The notes below the pieces were generated by a model. It did no database searches and had not been told where the DNA came from. It saw only the letters and a program-made list of their open reading frames with translations. This document shows positions 15,001 to 26,800 of a DNA stretch of 64,000 nucleotides, piece after piece. Both the position numbers and the translations under genes were made by a program. The stretch spans positions 1 to 64,000 of the forward strand of contig JASTWF010000033.1 in the NCBI GenBank assembly GCA_030390025.1, given 5' to 3'. How positions within the stretch are numbered: the first letter of the stretch is position 1; the number at the start of each line of letters is the position of its first letter. Origin of the DNA: Squalus acanthias (taxonomy: Eukaryota).

Positions 15001-15811
15001 GTGTATGGGGTTTGAAAGTCTATCAGGATCCTGCCAGGTGTGTATGGGGTTTCAGTGTATCAGGATCCTGCCAGGTGTGTATGTGGTTTCACAGTGTATC
15101 AGGATCCTGCCAGGTGTGTATGCGGTTTCACAGTGTATCAGGATCCTGCCAGGTGTGTTTGGGGTTTCAGTCTATCAGGATCCTGCCAGGTGTGTATGGG
15201 CTTTCACAGTGTATCAGGATCCTGCCAGGTGTGTATGGGGTTTCACAGTCTATCAGGATCCTGCCAGGTGTGTATGGTGTTTCACAGTCGATCAGGATCC
15301 TGCCAGGTGTGTATTGGGTTTCACAGTGTATCAGGATCCTGCCAGGTGTGTATGTAGTTTCACAGGGTATCAGGAGCCTGCCGGGTGTGTTTGGGGTTTC
15401 AGTGTATCAGGATCCTGCCAGGTGTGTATGGGGTTTCACAGTGTATCAGGATCCTGCCAGATGTGTATGGGGTTTCACAGTGTATCAGGATCCTACCAGG
15501 TGTGTATGGGGTTTCACAGTGTATCAGGATCCTGCCAGGTGTGCATGGGGTTTCAGTGTATCAGGATCCTGCCAGGTGTGTATGGGGTATCACAGTGTAT
15601 CAGGATCCTGCCAGGTGAGCATGGGGTTTCAGTGTATCAGGATCCTGCCAGGTGTGTATGGGGTTTCACAGTGTATCAGGATCCTGCCAGGTGTGTATGG
15701 GGTATCACAGTGTATCAGAATCCTGCCAGGTTTATATGTTGTTTCACAGAGTATTGGGATCCTGCCAGGTGTGTATGGGGTTTCACAGAGTGTCAGGATC
15801 CTGCCAGGTGT
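1..15811 (+). repeat. 39-bp tandem satellite, unit GGGGTTTCACAGTGTATCAGGATCCTGCCAGGTGTGTAT, ~400 copies, runs off the left edge
   Basis: Unit read directly. Near-perfect copies to ~12.5 kb (mostly GGGG>GGG or CA deletions), then more substitutions until ...CTGCCAGGTGT at 15811. Each unit has the palindrome CAGGATCCTG (BamHI core) and CACAGTG. Confidence 0.99.
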
Positions 15812-16070
15812 AGGCAATGTACAGTTCGTATAACTGGAGCATACAAGACCTGCAAATCTACCAATAATTCCAAATCGGATTTAATTGTAAATTGAACCTA
15901 TGCTGAACGTTTTTGGATTAATCACAAATCCAAATGACGTTAAATGCTGTTTCCCCAGCCTTTGAATCTCCGACTGCCAGATTCTGACAACCTCTCAACA
16001 AACGGCTACAATCAAACATTCTGATTCTCAAGTGAAATAAACGCTTTGAAATCTCCATGTCGTCACTTAC

Positions 16071-16136
16071 CTTGCAGGTGAACGGGTACTTCTGATAAAC
16101 CTTGTGCGATGTTCATGTAATCAAATGGAGCAGAAC
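16071..16136 (-). CDS. Coding exon 4 (linker) of a CARD-like NLR-type gene: (G)SAPFDYMNIAQGLSEVPVHLQ
   Basis: Minus strand acceptor ttcaaacag|GTTCT, donor CAAG|GTAAGT. 66 bp, phase 1-1, continues the preceding exon's frame across a 105-bp intron. Too short for the ORF track. Confidence 0.8.
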
Positions 16137-16241
16137 CTGTTTGAATCAATTAACATTCATGAAATCAGATCTGTGTGATATTATAGTAAAATCTGCAGTG
16201 TTTGAATCTGAATTTGCATTCCATGTGTGATTTTACCGTAC

Positions 16242-16413
16242 CATGTTCCTCTATTTCTTTCAGTATTTTGTTCAGCTTTGGTAACCTGTGGCGCATTTTC
16301 ACAGAGGATTCCCACATCACCCTTCGGGCTCGAGAGCCTTTCTCCATCACCAGAGTTAGGAGAAGTTTGGAACTGTCCGCCCGGTTTCCCTTCTCCGCGA
16401 GCTCAGTGACTTT
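16242..16413 (-). CDS. Coding exon 3 of a CARD-like NLR-type gene: KVTELAEKGNRADSSKLLLTLVMEKGSRARRVMWESSVKMRHRLPKLNKILKEIEEH(G)
   Basis: Inside ORF 16165..16596(-). Acceptor ttctttacag|AAAGTC, donor CATG|GTACGG. 172 bp, phase 0-1. R.D..KLLL.LV..KG..A pattern is typical of CARD C-terminal helices. Confidence 0.85.
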
Positions 16414-17104
16414 CTGTAAAGAATAATAATGAATATATTGGGGAGCGGAGTGAAAGACAAACACTGAGAATGAGAAGGAAAGGATCTGCTCAGTGATGGA
16501 ATCTCCCAGATGTTTTGAGCACAGAAAGCAGCGACTGGGCCGGGCTCTGATCCATTCTGAACATGGTCTGAATATTCTGTAAACATCTTGATTCAATCAT
16601 TAACGGGAAATAAATGAGATAGAAGGTAAATAGAAATCAGAAATATTGTTCTCGGAGAGTGAGGAATCACTGAGAATCAGCAATCGTTTTAATGGGATTA
16701 GTTCTCTCTCTCCATCGGTGTCCAACATGACATCAGATTCCTGATTGACAATATGATACACTTGTTTCTCACACTTACTTCCTGCTGTCACACTTTGTGA
16801 TTTATTTGAAATAAAACATCACCGAATCAGAACTCCAGTGGCAGGGAAGGGACGAATCTGAAGTGAGGGAAGCAGCTAGAAAACTGTTTGAGAAATTACA
16901 CCGACTAATCAAAACAACCACTGTTGGTATATTGCTCAGCAGAATCGACCAATAATAATAATAATTATGACAAATCCAATCACTCCAATCGCATGCTTGT
17001 TCGGCAATTGAAATGCCAGATACTCAATTTTTTGCACAATCGCTGCCGGTATGAAAGCTCAGTAACCGCGAGCACGTGTCCACCAATGGATCGTCAGGAC
17101 TTCA

Positions 17105-17885
17105 ATCACCAACTTACATTTATATAGGGCTTTTCCAGCAGAATATCGTCCCAGGGTGTTTCAGAGAGGCGTAATCAGACAATTAACCCGAGACAAAGCA
17201 GGATAAATGAGCAGATGTGGTCAGAAGCTAGAGGAAAGGTAAGGTTTAAGGAGTAGAGGGAAGTGGAGAGGCAGAGGGGTTGATGGAGTGAATTCCTGAG
17301 CGTGGGGCCCAAGACAACTGAACGCTCAGCCACCAGTGGTGGTGTGAAGGACTGGGTGCACAAGAGGACAGAGTCAGAGCAACGGAGAATTCCAGTTGCA
17401 CGGGAGGTTGTAGGGCTGGAGTGGGTTACAGAGATAGGAAGGGTCGAGGTCAATAAGTTATTTAAAGAGAAGCTTGGGAATTTTAAAATGAAGGAATTCG
17501 CGGAGCGGGCGCCATGAAAGGTGAGCGAGCACACTAGTGATATCTGAATGACACCTGGGCAGGTTGCAGGCATCAGAATTCTGGAGTTGCTGAAGATTAG
17601 AGCGGGTGCAAGGAGGGAGGCCGACCAGGGGAGCATTGGAACAGTCGGGTTTAGAGATGGGCCGAGGCAGGGGTGGGCAAAGCTACGGGGATAGAAGTCG
17701 GGGATCATTGTGATGGCGAGTATAAGGTGCAGGGAGTTCAGCTCAAGGTTGGATGCGGAGATTGCGAACAGCCTGGCTTAGTCTCCAGCAGTAGCCGGGG
17801 AGGGGGATGGACTCAAACGACGAGGAGACGGAACTTGTGGTGGGGTAGCAGACGCTGGCATCAGTCTTCCCAATGTTTAACTTGA
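17105..17885 (-). mobile_element. Degenerate L2-like LINE 3' fragment
   Basis: Encodes LKLNIGKT (gtcttcccaatgtttaa), the same motif as the L2-like piece at ~46100. Many frameshifts. Confidence 0.6.
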
Positions 17886-17899
17886 GGAGTGAGTGACGT

Positions 17900-18325
17900 T
17901 CCACACCAAGTGCGCAGGGGCAGGTCATTTACCCAGTTGTGTATAGTTTTGGAAACTCAATTACAGGAAGGAAATAAAATTCCTTGAAAAATTGCTCAGC
18001 AGGTTCACTGGGATGTGGAATTCTTTTCAAAGAGGGGATTTGAGAATTTAGGACTCATGCTTCGCGAGTTGTACGGATTAGGCGAGGAGTTGATGGAGGT
18101 CTTCAGTTTCTCAAAGCCTATGATGAAAGAAATGTTCACAGATTGTTTCCACTGTTTGGTCAGAGGGGTAAGTCGAAGTATTACGGGTGAGGGTGGAAAA
18201 AATTATTACCGTACATGGCGGTTAGAATGTATAATTTATTCCCACAAACTGTTGAGAAACAAGTCGATGAATTGCTTTTAAAGATAATTCGATTGTTTTG
18301 GAGAAAACGGACTGTTAGAGTTCAT
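17900..18325 (+). mobile_element. Highly degenerate CR1 3' fragment
   Basis: Decayed match to the RT C-terminal RPQLEYCVQFW...RRFT region of the intact CR1s in this window. Confidence 0.5.
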
Positions 18326-20210
18326 GGAGTGAGCAGGAGGTTGGGATTAGACAAGGTGGGATATTAACAATAATGGGCAGTGAGCAGGAGGTTGGGATTA
18401 GACTAGGTGGGATATTAACAGTAACGGGCAGTGAGCAGGAGGTTGGGATTGGACTAGGTGTGATATTAACGGGAATGGTTAGTGAGCAGGAGGTTGGGAT
18501 TAGAATAGGTGAGATATTAAGGGAATGGGTAGTGAACAGACGGTTGGGATTAAACTAGGTGGGATATTAACAGTAATGGTTAGTGAGCAGGAGGTTGGGA
18601 TTAGACTAGGTGGGATATTAACAGTAATGGGCAGTGAACAGGAGTTTAGGATTAGACTAGGTGGGATATTAACAGTAATGGGTAATGAGCAGGAGGTTGG
18701 GATTAGACTAGGTGGGATATTAACGGTAATGGGTATTGAGCAGGAGGTTAAGATTAGACTAGATGGGATATTAACGGTAATGGGCTGTGAGCAGGAGGTT
18801 GGGATTAGACTAGGTGGGATAATAACGGGAATGGGTAGTGAGCAGGAGGTTGGGATGAGACTGGGTGGGATATTAACAGCAATGAGTAGTGAGCAGAAGT
18901 TTGGCATTAGACTTGGTGGGATATTAACGGTAATGGGCAGTGAGCAGGAGGTTGGGATTAGACTAGGTGGGATATTAAGGTAATGGGTGGTGAGCAGGTG
19001 GTTGGAATTAGACTAGGTGTGATATTAACGGTAATGGGTAGTGAGCAGGAGCTTGAGATTAGACTAGGTGGGATATTAATTGTAATGGGCAGTGAGCAGG
19101 AGGTTGGGAATAGAATAGGTGGGATATTAACAGTAATGGGTAGTGAGCAGGAGGTTGGGATTCGACTGGGTGGGATGTTAAAGGTTATCAGTATTGAGCA
19201 GGAGGTTGGGATTAGACTAGGTGGGATATTAACGGTAATGGGCAGTGAGCAGGAGTTTGGGATTAGACTAGGTGGGATATTAACAGTAATGGGGAATGGG
19301 CAGGAGGTTGGGATTAGAGTAGGTGGGATATTAACGGTAATGGGCAGTGAGCAGGAGGTTGGGATTAGACTAGGTGGGATATTAACGGAAATGGGCTGTG
19401 AGCAGGAGGTTGGGATTAGACTAGGTGGGATATTAACGGTAATGGGTAGTGAGTAGGAGGTTGGGATTAGACTAGGTGGGATATTAACAGTAATGTACAT
19501 TGAGCAGGAGGTTGGGATTAGACTAGGTGGGATATTAACGGGAATGGGTAGTGAGCAGAAGGTTGGGATTAGACTAGGTGGGATATTAACGGTAATGGGC
19601 ATTGAGCAGGAGGTTGGGATTGAATTAGGTGGGCTATTAACGGTAATGGGCAATGAGCAGGAGGTTGGGATTAGACTAGGTGGGCTATTAACGGTAATGG
19701 GCAGTGAGCAGGAGATTGGGATTAGACTAGGTGGGATATTAACGGTAATGGGTAGTGAGCAGGAGGTTGGGATTAGACTAGGTGGGATATAAAAAGTAAT
19801 GGGTTGTGAGCAGTAGTTTGGGATTAGAATAGGTGGGATATTAGCGGTAATGGGCAGTGAGCAGATGGTTGGGATTAGACTAGGTGGGCTATTAACGGTA
19901 ATGGTCATTGAGCAGGAGGTTGGGATTAGACTAGGTGGGATATAAAAAGTAATGGGTTGTGAGCAGTAGTTTGGGATTAGAATAGGTGGGATATTAGCGG
20001 TAATGGGCAGTGAGCAGGAGGTTGGGATTAGACCAGGTGGGATATTAACAGTAATGGGCAGTGAACAGGAGTTTGGGATTCGACTAGGAGGTATATTAAC
20101 AGTAATGGGTACATAGATACATAGATACATAGAAGATAGGAGCAGGAGTAGGCCATCCGGCCCTTCGAGCCTGCTCCGCCATTTAATGAGATCATGGCTG
20201 ATCCTCCAAT

Positions 20211-23078
20211 TCAGTATCCCGTCCCCGCCTTCTCTCCATAACCCTTAACCCCTTTTGCCTGTAGAAATATATCTAATTCCCTCTTAAATATATTTAATGA
20301 GCTGGCGTACACTGCCCTCTGTGGCAATGAGTTCCACAGGTTCACCACCATCTGAGTGAAGAAATTCCCCCTCATTTCTGTCCTAAATGGTTTAGCCCTT
20401 ATCCTTAAATTATGTCCTCTAGTTCTGTTCTCACCCGCCAAGGGAAACATTCCTTCTGCATCTAGTCTGTCCAGACCTGTCAGAATTTTATACACTTCTA
20501 TGAGGTCCCCTCTCAATCTTCTAAACTCCAGTGTGTACATACCTAAACTACATAGTCTCTCCTCATAGGTCAATCCCGCCATTCCTGGTATCAGCCTGGT
20601 GAATCGCCGCTGCACCCCCTCCATGGCAAGAACATCTTTCCTCAGATGAGGCGACCAAAACTGTACACAGTACTCGAGGTGTGGTCTCACCAGTGCCCTG
20701 TACAGCTGCAGCAAGGTATCCCTGTTCCTGTATTCCAACCCTTTTGCTATGAAGGCCAGCATACCGTTTGCCTTCTTGACCGCCTGTTGCACCTGCATGC
20801 TCGCCTTCAGTGACTGGTGTACAAGAACACCCAGGTCTCTCTGTACTTCCCCCTCTCCCAATTTATTGCCATTTAAATAATAATTTGCCCTCCCGTTCCT
20901 GCACCCAAGGTGGATAACTTCGCACTTGTCCACATTATAGTGCATCTGCCATTTATCCGCCCAATCACCCAGTCTGTCCAAATCGCTCTGGAGCTTCCTG
21001 GTCTCCTCCTCTGAGCCCACCCCCCCTCCTAGTTTAGTGTCGTCTGCAAATTTGGAAATGCTGCATCCGACTCCCTGATCCAGGTCATTAATGTAAATTG
21101 TGAACAGCTGGGGACCCAGGACAGATCCCTGTGGTACCCCACTTGTTACTGCCTGCCATTCAGAAAATGAGCCGTTTATTCCAACTCTCTGTTTTCTATC
21201 TGACAGCCAGTTCTCTATCCACGTCAATACTTTCCCCTTTATCCCATGAGCTTCAATTTTCCCTGATAATCTTTTATGTGGGACCTTATCGAAGGCCTTT
21301 TGGAAGTCCAGGTACACCACATCTACTGGCTCTCCCCCATCTATTTTACCAGTTACTCCCTCAAAAAATTCCAATAGATTAGTCAAGCACGATTTACCCT
21401 TTGTAAATCCATGTTGACTCTGTCCTATCCTGTCCCCATTTGCTAAGTGCTCCGCTATTTCATCCTTAATGATGGACTCCAGCATTTTGCCCACAACTGA
21501 TGTAAGGCTTACAGGTCTGTAATTACCTGCTTTTTCCCTACCCCCCTTTTTGAATAGTGGGGTAACGTTAGCTACCCTCCAATCCATGGGCACTGTTCCC
21601 GAGTCTAATGAATTCTGAAAAATCATACTTAGTGCATCCGCTATCTCTAGGGCCACCTCCTTCAGCACCCTAGGATGCATGTTATCAGGCCCTGGGGATT
21701 TGTCCGCCTTCAATCACTTTAGCTTCCTTAACACCATATCCTTAGAGATATTGACTTGCGTCAGTTCCTCCTTTGCAAATGTCCCTATTTTTCCCGATAT
21801 CCCAGGGAGGTTTTTTGTGTCTTCCTTCGTAAAGACTGACCCAAAGTATGCATTTAGTTGGTCTGCCATTTCCTTATTTCCCGTTATATATTCCCCCGTA
21901 TCTGACTGCAATGGGCCAACTTTGGTTTTCACCAGTCTTTTCCTCTTGATATACTTATAAAAGCTTTTGGAGTTAGTTTTTATATTTTCCGCCAGCTTGC
22001 TTTCGTAAGCTATTTTGCCCCTCTTGATTAAGCTCTTTGTCCTCCTTTGCTCTATCTTAAACTGTTCCCAATCTTCCGCTCTGGCGCTTTTTTTGGCTAT
22101 TTTATACGCCCTATCTTTGGATTTTATGCTGTCTCTAATTTCCCCTGTTATCCACGGTTGAGTCACCTTTTTAGATTTCCTTTTATGCCAGATTGGTATA
22201 AACAATTTTTGCAATTTTGTCATTCTATCTTTAAATGCTTGCCATTGTTTATCTACCTCCAGTCCTCCCAGGAACGTTGTCCAATCAGACCTACTCAGTT
22301 CCCGTCTAATGGCATCATAATTTCCCTTGTTTAAATTCAGGACCTTAGTATCTGAGTCAATTTCTTCGCTCTCCATTTCGAGTGAGAAATCGATCATGTT
22401 ATGATCGCTCTGACCCAAGGGTCCCCGTACAACAAGATTACTAATTAGTCCCTTCTCATTGCACAGTACCCAGTCCAATATAGCCTGTTCCCGAGTTGGT
22501 TCCTCGACATATTGATCCAGATAACCATCCCTTAAACACTCAAGGAATTCCTCCTCCTCATTATTTTTACTGATTAGGCTATTCCAATCTATATGTAAGT
22601 TAAAGTCACCTATGATGACAGCTGTGCTCTTATTGCACGCTTCTCTAATTTCCCTCGTGATGCCCTCCCCAACCTCTATTTTACTATTTGGAGGCCTATA
22701 TACCACTCCTATTAATGTTTTTCGCCCCTCGCTATTTCTTAGCTCCACCCATATAGATTCTGTATTAACTGAGTTAATATCCTTCCTTTCAATTGCATTT
22801 ATCCCTTCTTTTACCAGCAATGCTACCCCTCCTCCCTTTCTTTTTTGTCGATCCTTCCTAAATACTGAATACCCCTGTATGTTAAGCTCCCAGCCCTGCT
22901 CACCCTGCAACCATGTTTCCGTAATCCCAATTAGATCATAATTATTAACCTCTATTTCCACAGCTAATTCATCTACCTTGTTCCTGATGCTTCTCGCATT
23001 AAGGTATAAAACCCTCAGGCTTTTTTTATGCTCACATTTTTTATGAATTGGTTTGGCCCTTTGTTTTTTGTTCCTCAC
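20211..23078 (-). pseudogene. CR1 ORF2 (APE endonuclease-reverse transcriptase) with one in-frame TGA at 21714-21716
   Basis: ORFs 21714..23078 (LYLNARSI, ITETWL, VYRPP, GDFN, SDH) and 20211..21713 (YRPVSLTS, LDFQKAFD, GVPQGSVLGP, FADD) share a frame. KLK*LKADKSPG corresponds to KLMGLKAEKSPG in the 47802 copy. Confidence 0.95.
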
Positions 23079-23152
23079 CCTTTTACCATTTATTTCTGTC
23101 TGCCTTTCACTTTCCTCTATTTCACTACATAGGTTTCTAGCCCCCTGCCATA

Positions 23153-23833
23153 CTAGTTTAAATGCTCCCGAACTGCTTTATCAAAAATTACCCCGAGAAC
23201 ATCAGTTCCATCTTTGCACAGGTGTAGACCGTCCCTTTTGTATAGGTCACACCTACCACAAAACTGGTTCCAATGCCTCAAAAATTTAAAACCCTCCCTC
23301 TTACACCACTGCTCAAGCCACGTATTTAGCCTAACTATCCTGTTCTCTGTACTCTTACTAGCACGTGGCACTGGTAGTAATCCAGAGATTACTACCTTCG
23401 AGGTCCTACTTTTTAGCTTGGCTCCTAACTCCCTAAATTCTACTTGTAGGACCTCTTCCCTTTTTTTAGCTACGTCGTTGGTACCAACATGTATCACGAC
23501 AACTGGCTGTTCCCCCTCCCCCTCCAGAATGTTCTGCACCCGCGCCGAGACATCCTTGACCCTTGCACCAGGGAGGCAACATACCATCCTGGAGTCTCGG
23601 TCGCGACCACAGAAACCCCTATCTATTCCCCTTACAATCGAATCCCCTATTACTATAGCCCTGCCACTCTTTTTCCCTCCCTTCTTTGCAACAGAGCCAG
23701 TCATGGTGCCATGAGCCTGGCTGCTGGTGCATTCCCCCGATGAGTCATCCCCCCCGACAACAGCACCTAAGGCGGTGAACCTGTTGCTAAGGGAGACAAC
23801 CCCAGGGGATTTCTGCACTACCTTCCTGCCCTT
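23153..23833 (-). pseudogene. CR1 ORF1 C-terminal SGNH/GDSL-like esterase domain (5'-truncated)
   Basis: VIGDSIVR, CLPGARVKDV, IHVGTND and DGLHL blocks, as known for CR1 ORF1 esterases. The N-terminal part of the tracked ORF is satellite translation. Confidence 0.9.
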
Positions 23834-26800
23834 GCAGGAGTTTGGGATTAGACTAGGTGGGATATTAACGGTAATGGGCAGTGAGCAGGAGGTTGGGATT
23901 CGACTATGTGGGATATTAACGATAATGGGTAGTGAGCAGGAGGTTGGCATTAAATCAGCTGGGATATTAACGGTAAAGGGCAGTGAGCAGGAGGTTGGGA
24001 TTAGACTAGGTGGGATATTAACGGTAATGGGCAGTGAGCAGGAGGTTGGGATTAGACTAGGTCGGATATTAACGGTAATGGGTAGTGAACAGACGGTTGG
24101 GATTAAACTAGGTGGGATATTAACGGTAATGGGTAGTGAGCAGGAGGCTGGGATTAGAATAGGTGGGATATTAACGGTAATGCGCAGTGAACTGGAGGTT
24201 GGGATTAGACTAGGTGGGAGATTAACGGTAATGGTTAGTAAACAGGATTGGGACTGGAATAGGTGGGATATTAACAGTAATGGGTAGTGAGCAGGAGTTT
24301 GGGATAAGACATGGTCGGATATTAACGGTAATGGGCAGTGAGCAGGAGGTTGTGATGAGACTAGGTGGGATATTAACAGCAATGGGCAGTGAGCAGGAGG
24401 TTGGGATTAGACTAGGTGGGATATTAACGGTAATGGGCAGTGAGCAGGAGGTTGGGATTAGACTAGGTGGGATATTAGCGTTAATGGGTAGTTAGCAGGA
24501 GGTTGGGATTAGACTACTTGGGATATTAACGGTAATGGGCAAGTGAGCAGGAGGTTAGGATTAGAGTAGGTGGGATATTAACGGTAATGGGCAGTGAGCA
24601 GGAGGTTGGGATTAGACTCGGTGGGATATTAACGGTAATGGGCAGTGAGCAGGAGGTTGGGATTAGACTAGGTGGGATATTAACGGGAATGGTTAGTGAG
24701 CAGGAGGTTGGGATTAGACTGGGTGGGATATTAACAGCAATGGGTAGTGAGCAGAAGGTTGGCATTAGACTAGGTGGGATATTAGCGTTAATGGGTAGTT
24801 AACAGGAGGTTGGGATTAGACTAGGTGGGATATTAACGGTAATGGGTAGTGAGTAGGAGGTTGGGATTAGACTAGGTGGGACATTAACAGAAATGTGCAT
24901 TGAGCAGGAGGTTGGGATTAGACTAGATGTGATATTAACAGTAATGGGTAGTGAGAAGCTGGTTGGGATTAGACTCGGTGGGATATTAACGGTGATAGGT
25001 AGTGAGCAGGTCTTTGGGATTAGACAAGGTGGGATATTAATGACAATGTGTAGTGAACAGAAGGTTTGCATTAGAATAGGAGTTATATTAACGGTAATGA
25101 TCAGTGAACATTTGTTTGGGATTAGACTAGGTGTGATATTAACGGTAATGGGTAGTGAGCAGGAGCTTGAGATTAGACTAGGTGGGATATTAATTGTAAT
25201 GGGCAGTGAGCAGGAGGTTGGGAATAGAATAGGTGGGATATTAACAGTAATGGGTAGTGAGCAGGAGGTTGGGATTAGACTGGGTGGGATATTAAAGGTT
25301 ATCGGTATTGAGCAGGAGGTTGGGATTAGATTGGTGGGATATTAACGGTAATGGGCAGTGAGCAGGAGTTTGGGATTAGACTAGGTGGGATATTAACAGT
25401 AATGGGGAATGGGCAGGAGGTTGGGATTAGAGTAGGTGGGATATTAACGGTAATGGGCAGTGAGCAGGAGGTTGGGATTAGACTAGGTGGGATATTAACG
25501 GAAATGGGCTGTGAGCAGGAGGTTGGGATTAGACTAGGTGGGATATTAACGGTAATGGGTAGTGAGTAGGAGGTTGGGATTAGACTAGGTGGGATATTAA
25601 CAGTAATGTACATTGAGCAGGAGGTTGGGATTAGACTAGGTGGGATATTAACGGGAATGGGTAGTGAGCAGAAGGTTGGGATTAGACTAGGTGGGATATT
25701 AACGGTAATGGGCATTGAGCAGGAGGTTGGGATTGAATTAGGTGGGCTATTAACGGTAATGGGCAATGAGCAGGAGGTTGGGATTAGACTAGGTGGGCTA
25801 TTAACGGTAATGGGCAGTGAGCAGGAGATTGGGATTAGACTAGGTGGGATATTAACGGTAATGGGCAGTGAGCAGGAGGTCGGGATTAGACTAGGTGGGA
25901 TATTAACGGTAATGGGTAGTGAGCAGGAGGTTGGGATTAGACTAGGTGGTATATTAACGGTAATGGGTAGTGAGCAGATGGTTGGGATTAGACTAGGTGG
26001 GCTATTAACGGTAATGGTCAGTGAGCAGGAGGTTGGGATTAGACTAGGTGGGATATAAAAAGTAATGGGTTGTGAGCAGTAGTTTGGGATTAGAATAGGT
26101 GGGATATTAGCGGTAATGGGCAGTGAGCAGGAGGTTGGGATTAGACCAGGTGGGATATTAACAGTAATGGGCAGTGAACAGGAGTTTGGGATTCTACTAG
26201 GAGGTATATTAACAGTAATGGGTAGTGAGCAGGAGTTTGGGATTCGACTATGTGGGATATTAACGGTAATGGGCAGTGAGCAGGAGGTTGGGATTCGACT
26301 CTGTGGGATATTAACGATAATGGGTAGTGAGCAGGAGGTTGGCATTAAATCAGCTGGGATATTAACGGTAAAGGGCAGTGAGCAGGAGGTTGGGATTAGA
26401 CTAGGTGGGATATTAACGGTAATGGGCAGTGAGCAGGAGGTTGGGATTAGACTAGGTCGGATATTAACGGTAATGGGTAGTGAACAGACGGTTGGGATTA
26501 AACTAGGTGGGATATTAACGGTAATGGGTAGTGAGCAGGGGCTGGGATTAGAATAGGTGGGATATTAACGGTAATGCGCAGTGAACTGGAGGTTGGGATT
26601 AGACTAGGTGGGAGATTAACGGTAATGGTTAGTAAACAGGATTGGGACTGGAATAGGTGGGATATTAACAGTAATGGGTAGTGAGCAGGAGTTTGGGATA
26701 AGACATGGTCGGATATTAACGGTAATGGGTAGTAAGCAGCAGGTTGGGATTAGACAAGGTCGGATATTAACGGTAATGGGCAGTGAGCAGGAGGTTGTGA

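Larger units (their letters stand above)
20111..23833 (-). mobile_element. Young 5'-truncated CR1-clade LINE inserted in the 51-bp satellite
   Basis: 3' tail (ATCTATGT)n at 20111-20134. ORF2 (APE endonuclease + RT) and the C-terminal part of an SGNH-esterase ORF1. Satellite resumes at 23834. Confidence 0.97.

Noticed and set aside
1..15811. CRISPR array (palindromic repeat of CRISPR-like length)
   Set aside because: Units are head-to-tail with no unique spacers, no cas genes, and the context is vertebrate.
1..15811. Functional V(D)J recombination signal sequences
   Set aside because: Heptamer only. No ACAAAAACC-like nonamer at 12 or 23 bp on either strand and no V/D/J segments seen.
16237..16241. 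Alternative donor ACG|GTAAAA for exon 3
   Set aside because: It would be phase 0 and break the frame with the phase-1 exon 16071-16136; G|GTACGG preferred.
23153..24382. 409-aa repeat-plus-esterase fusion protein
   Set aside because: Chance in-frame junction of satellite and a 5'-truncated CR1 ORF1.
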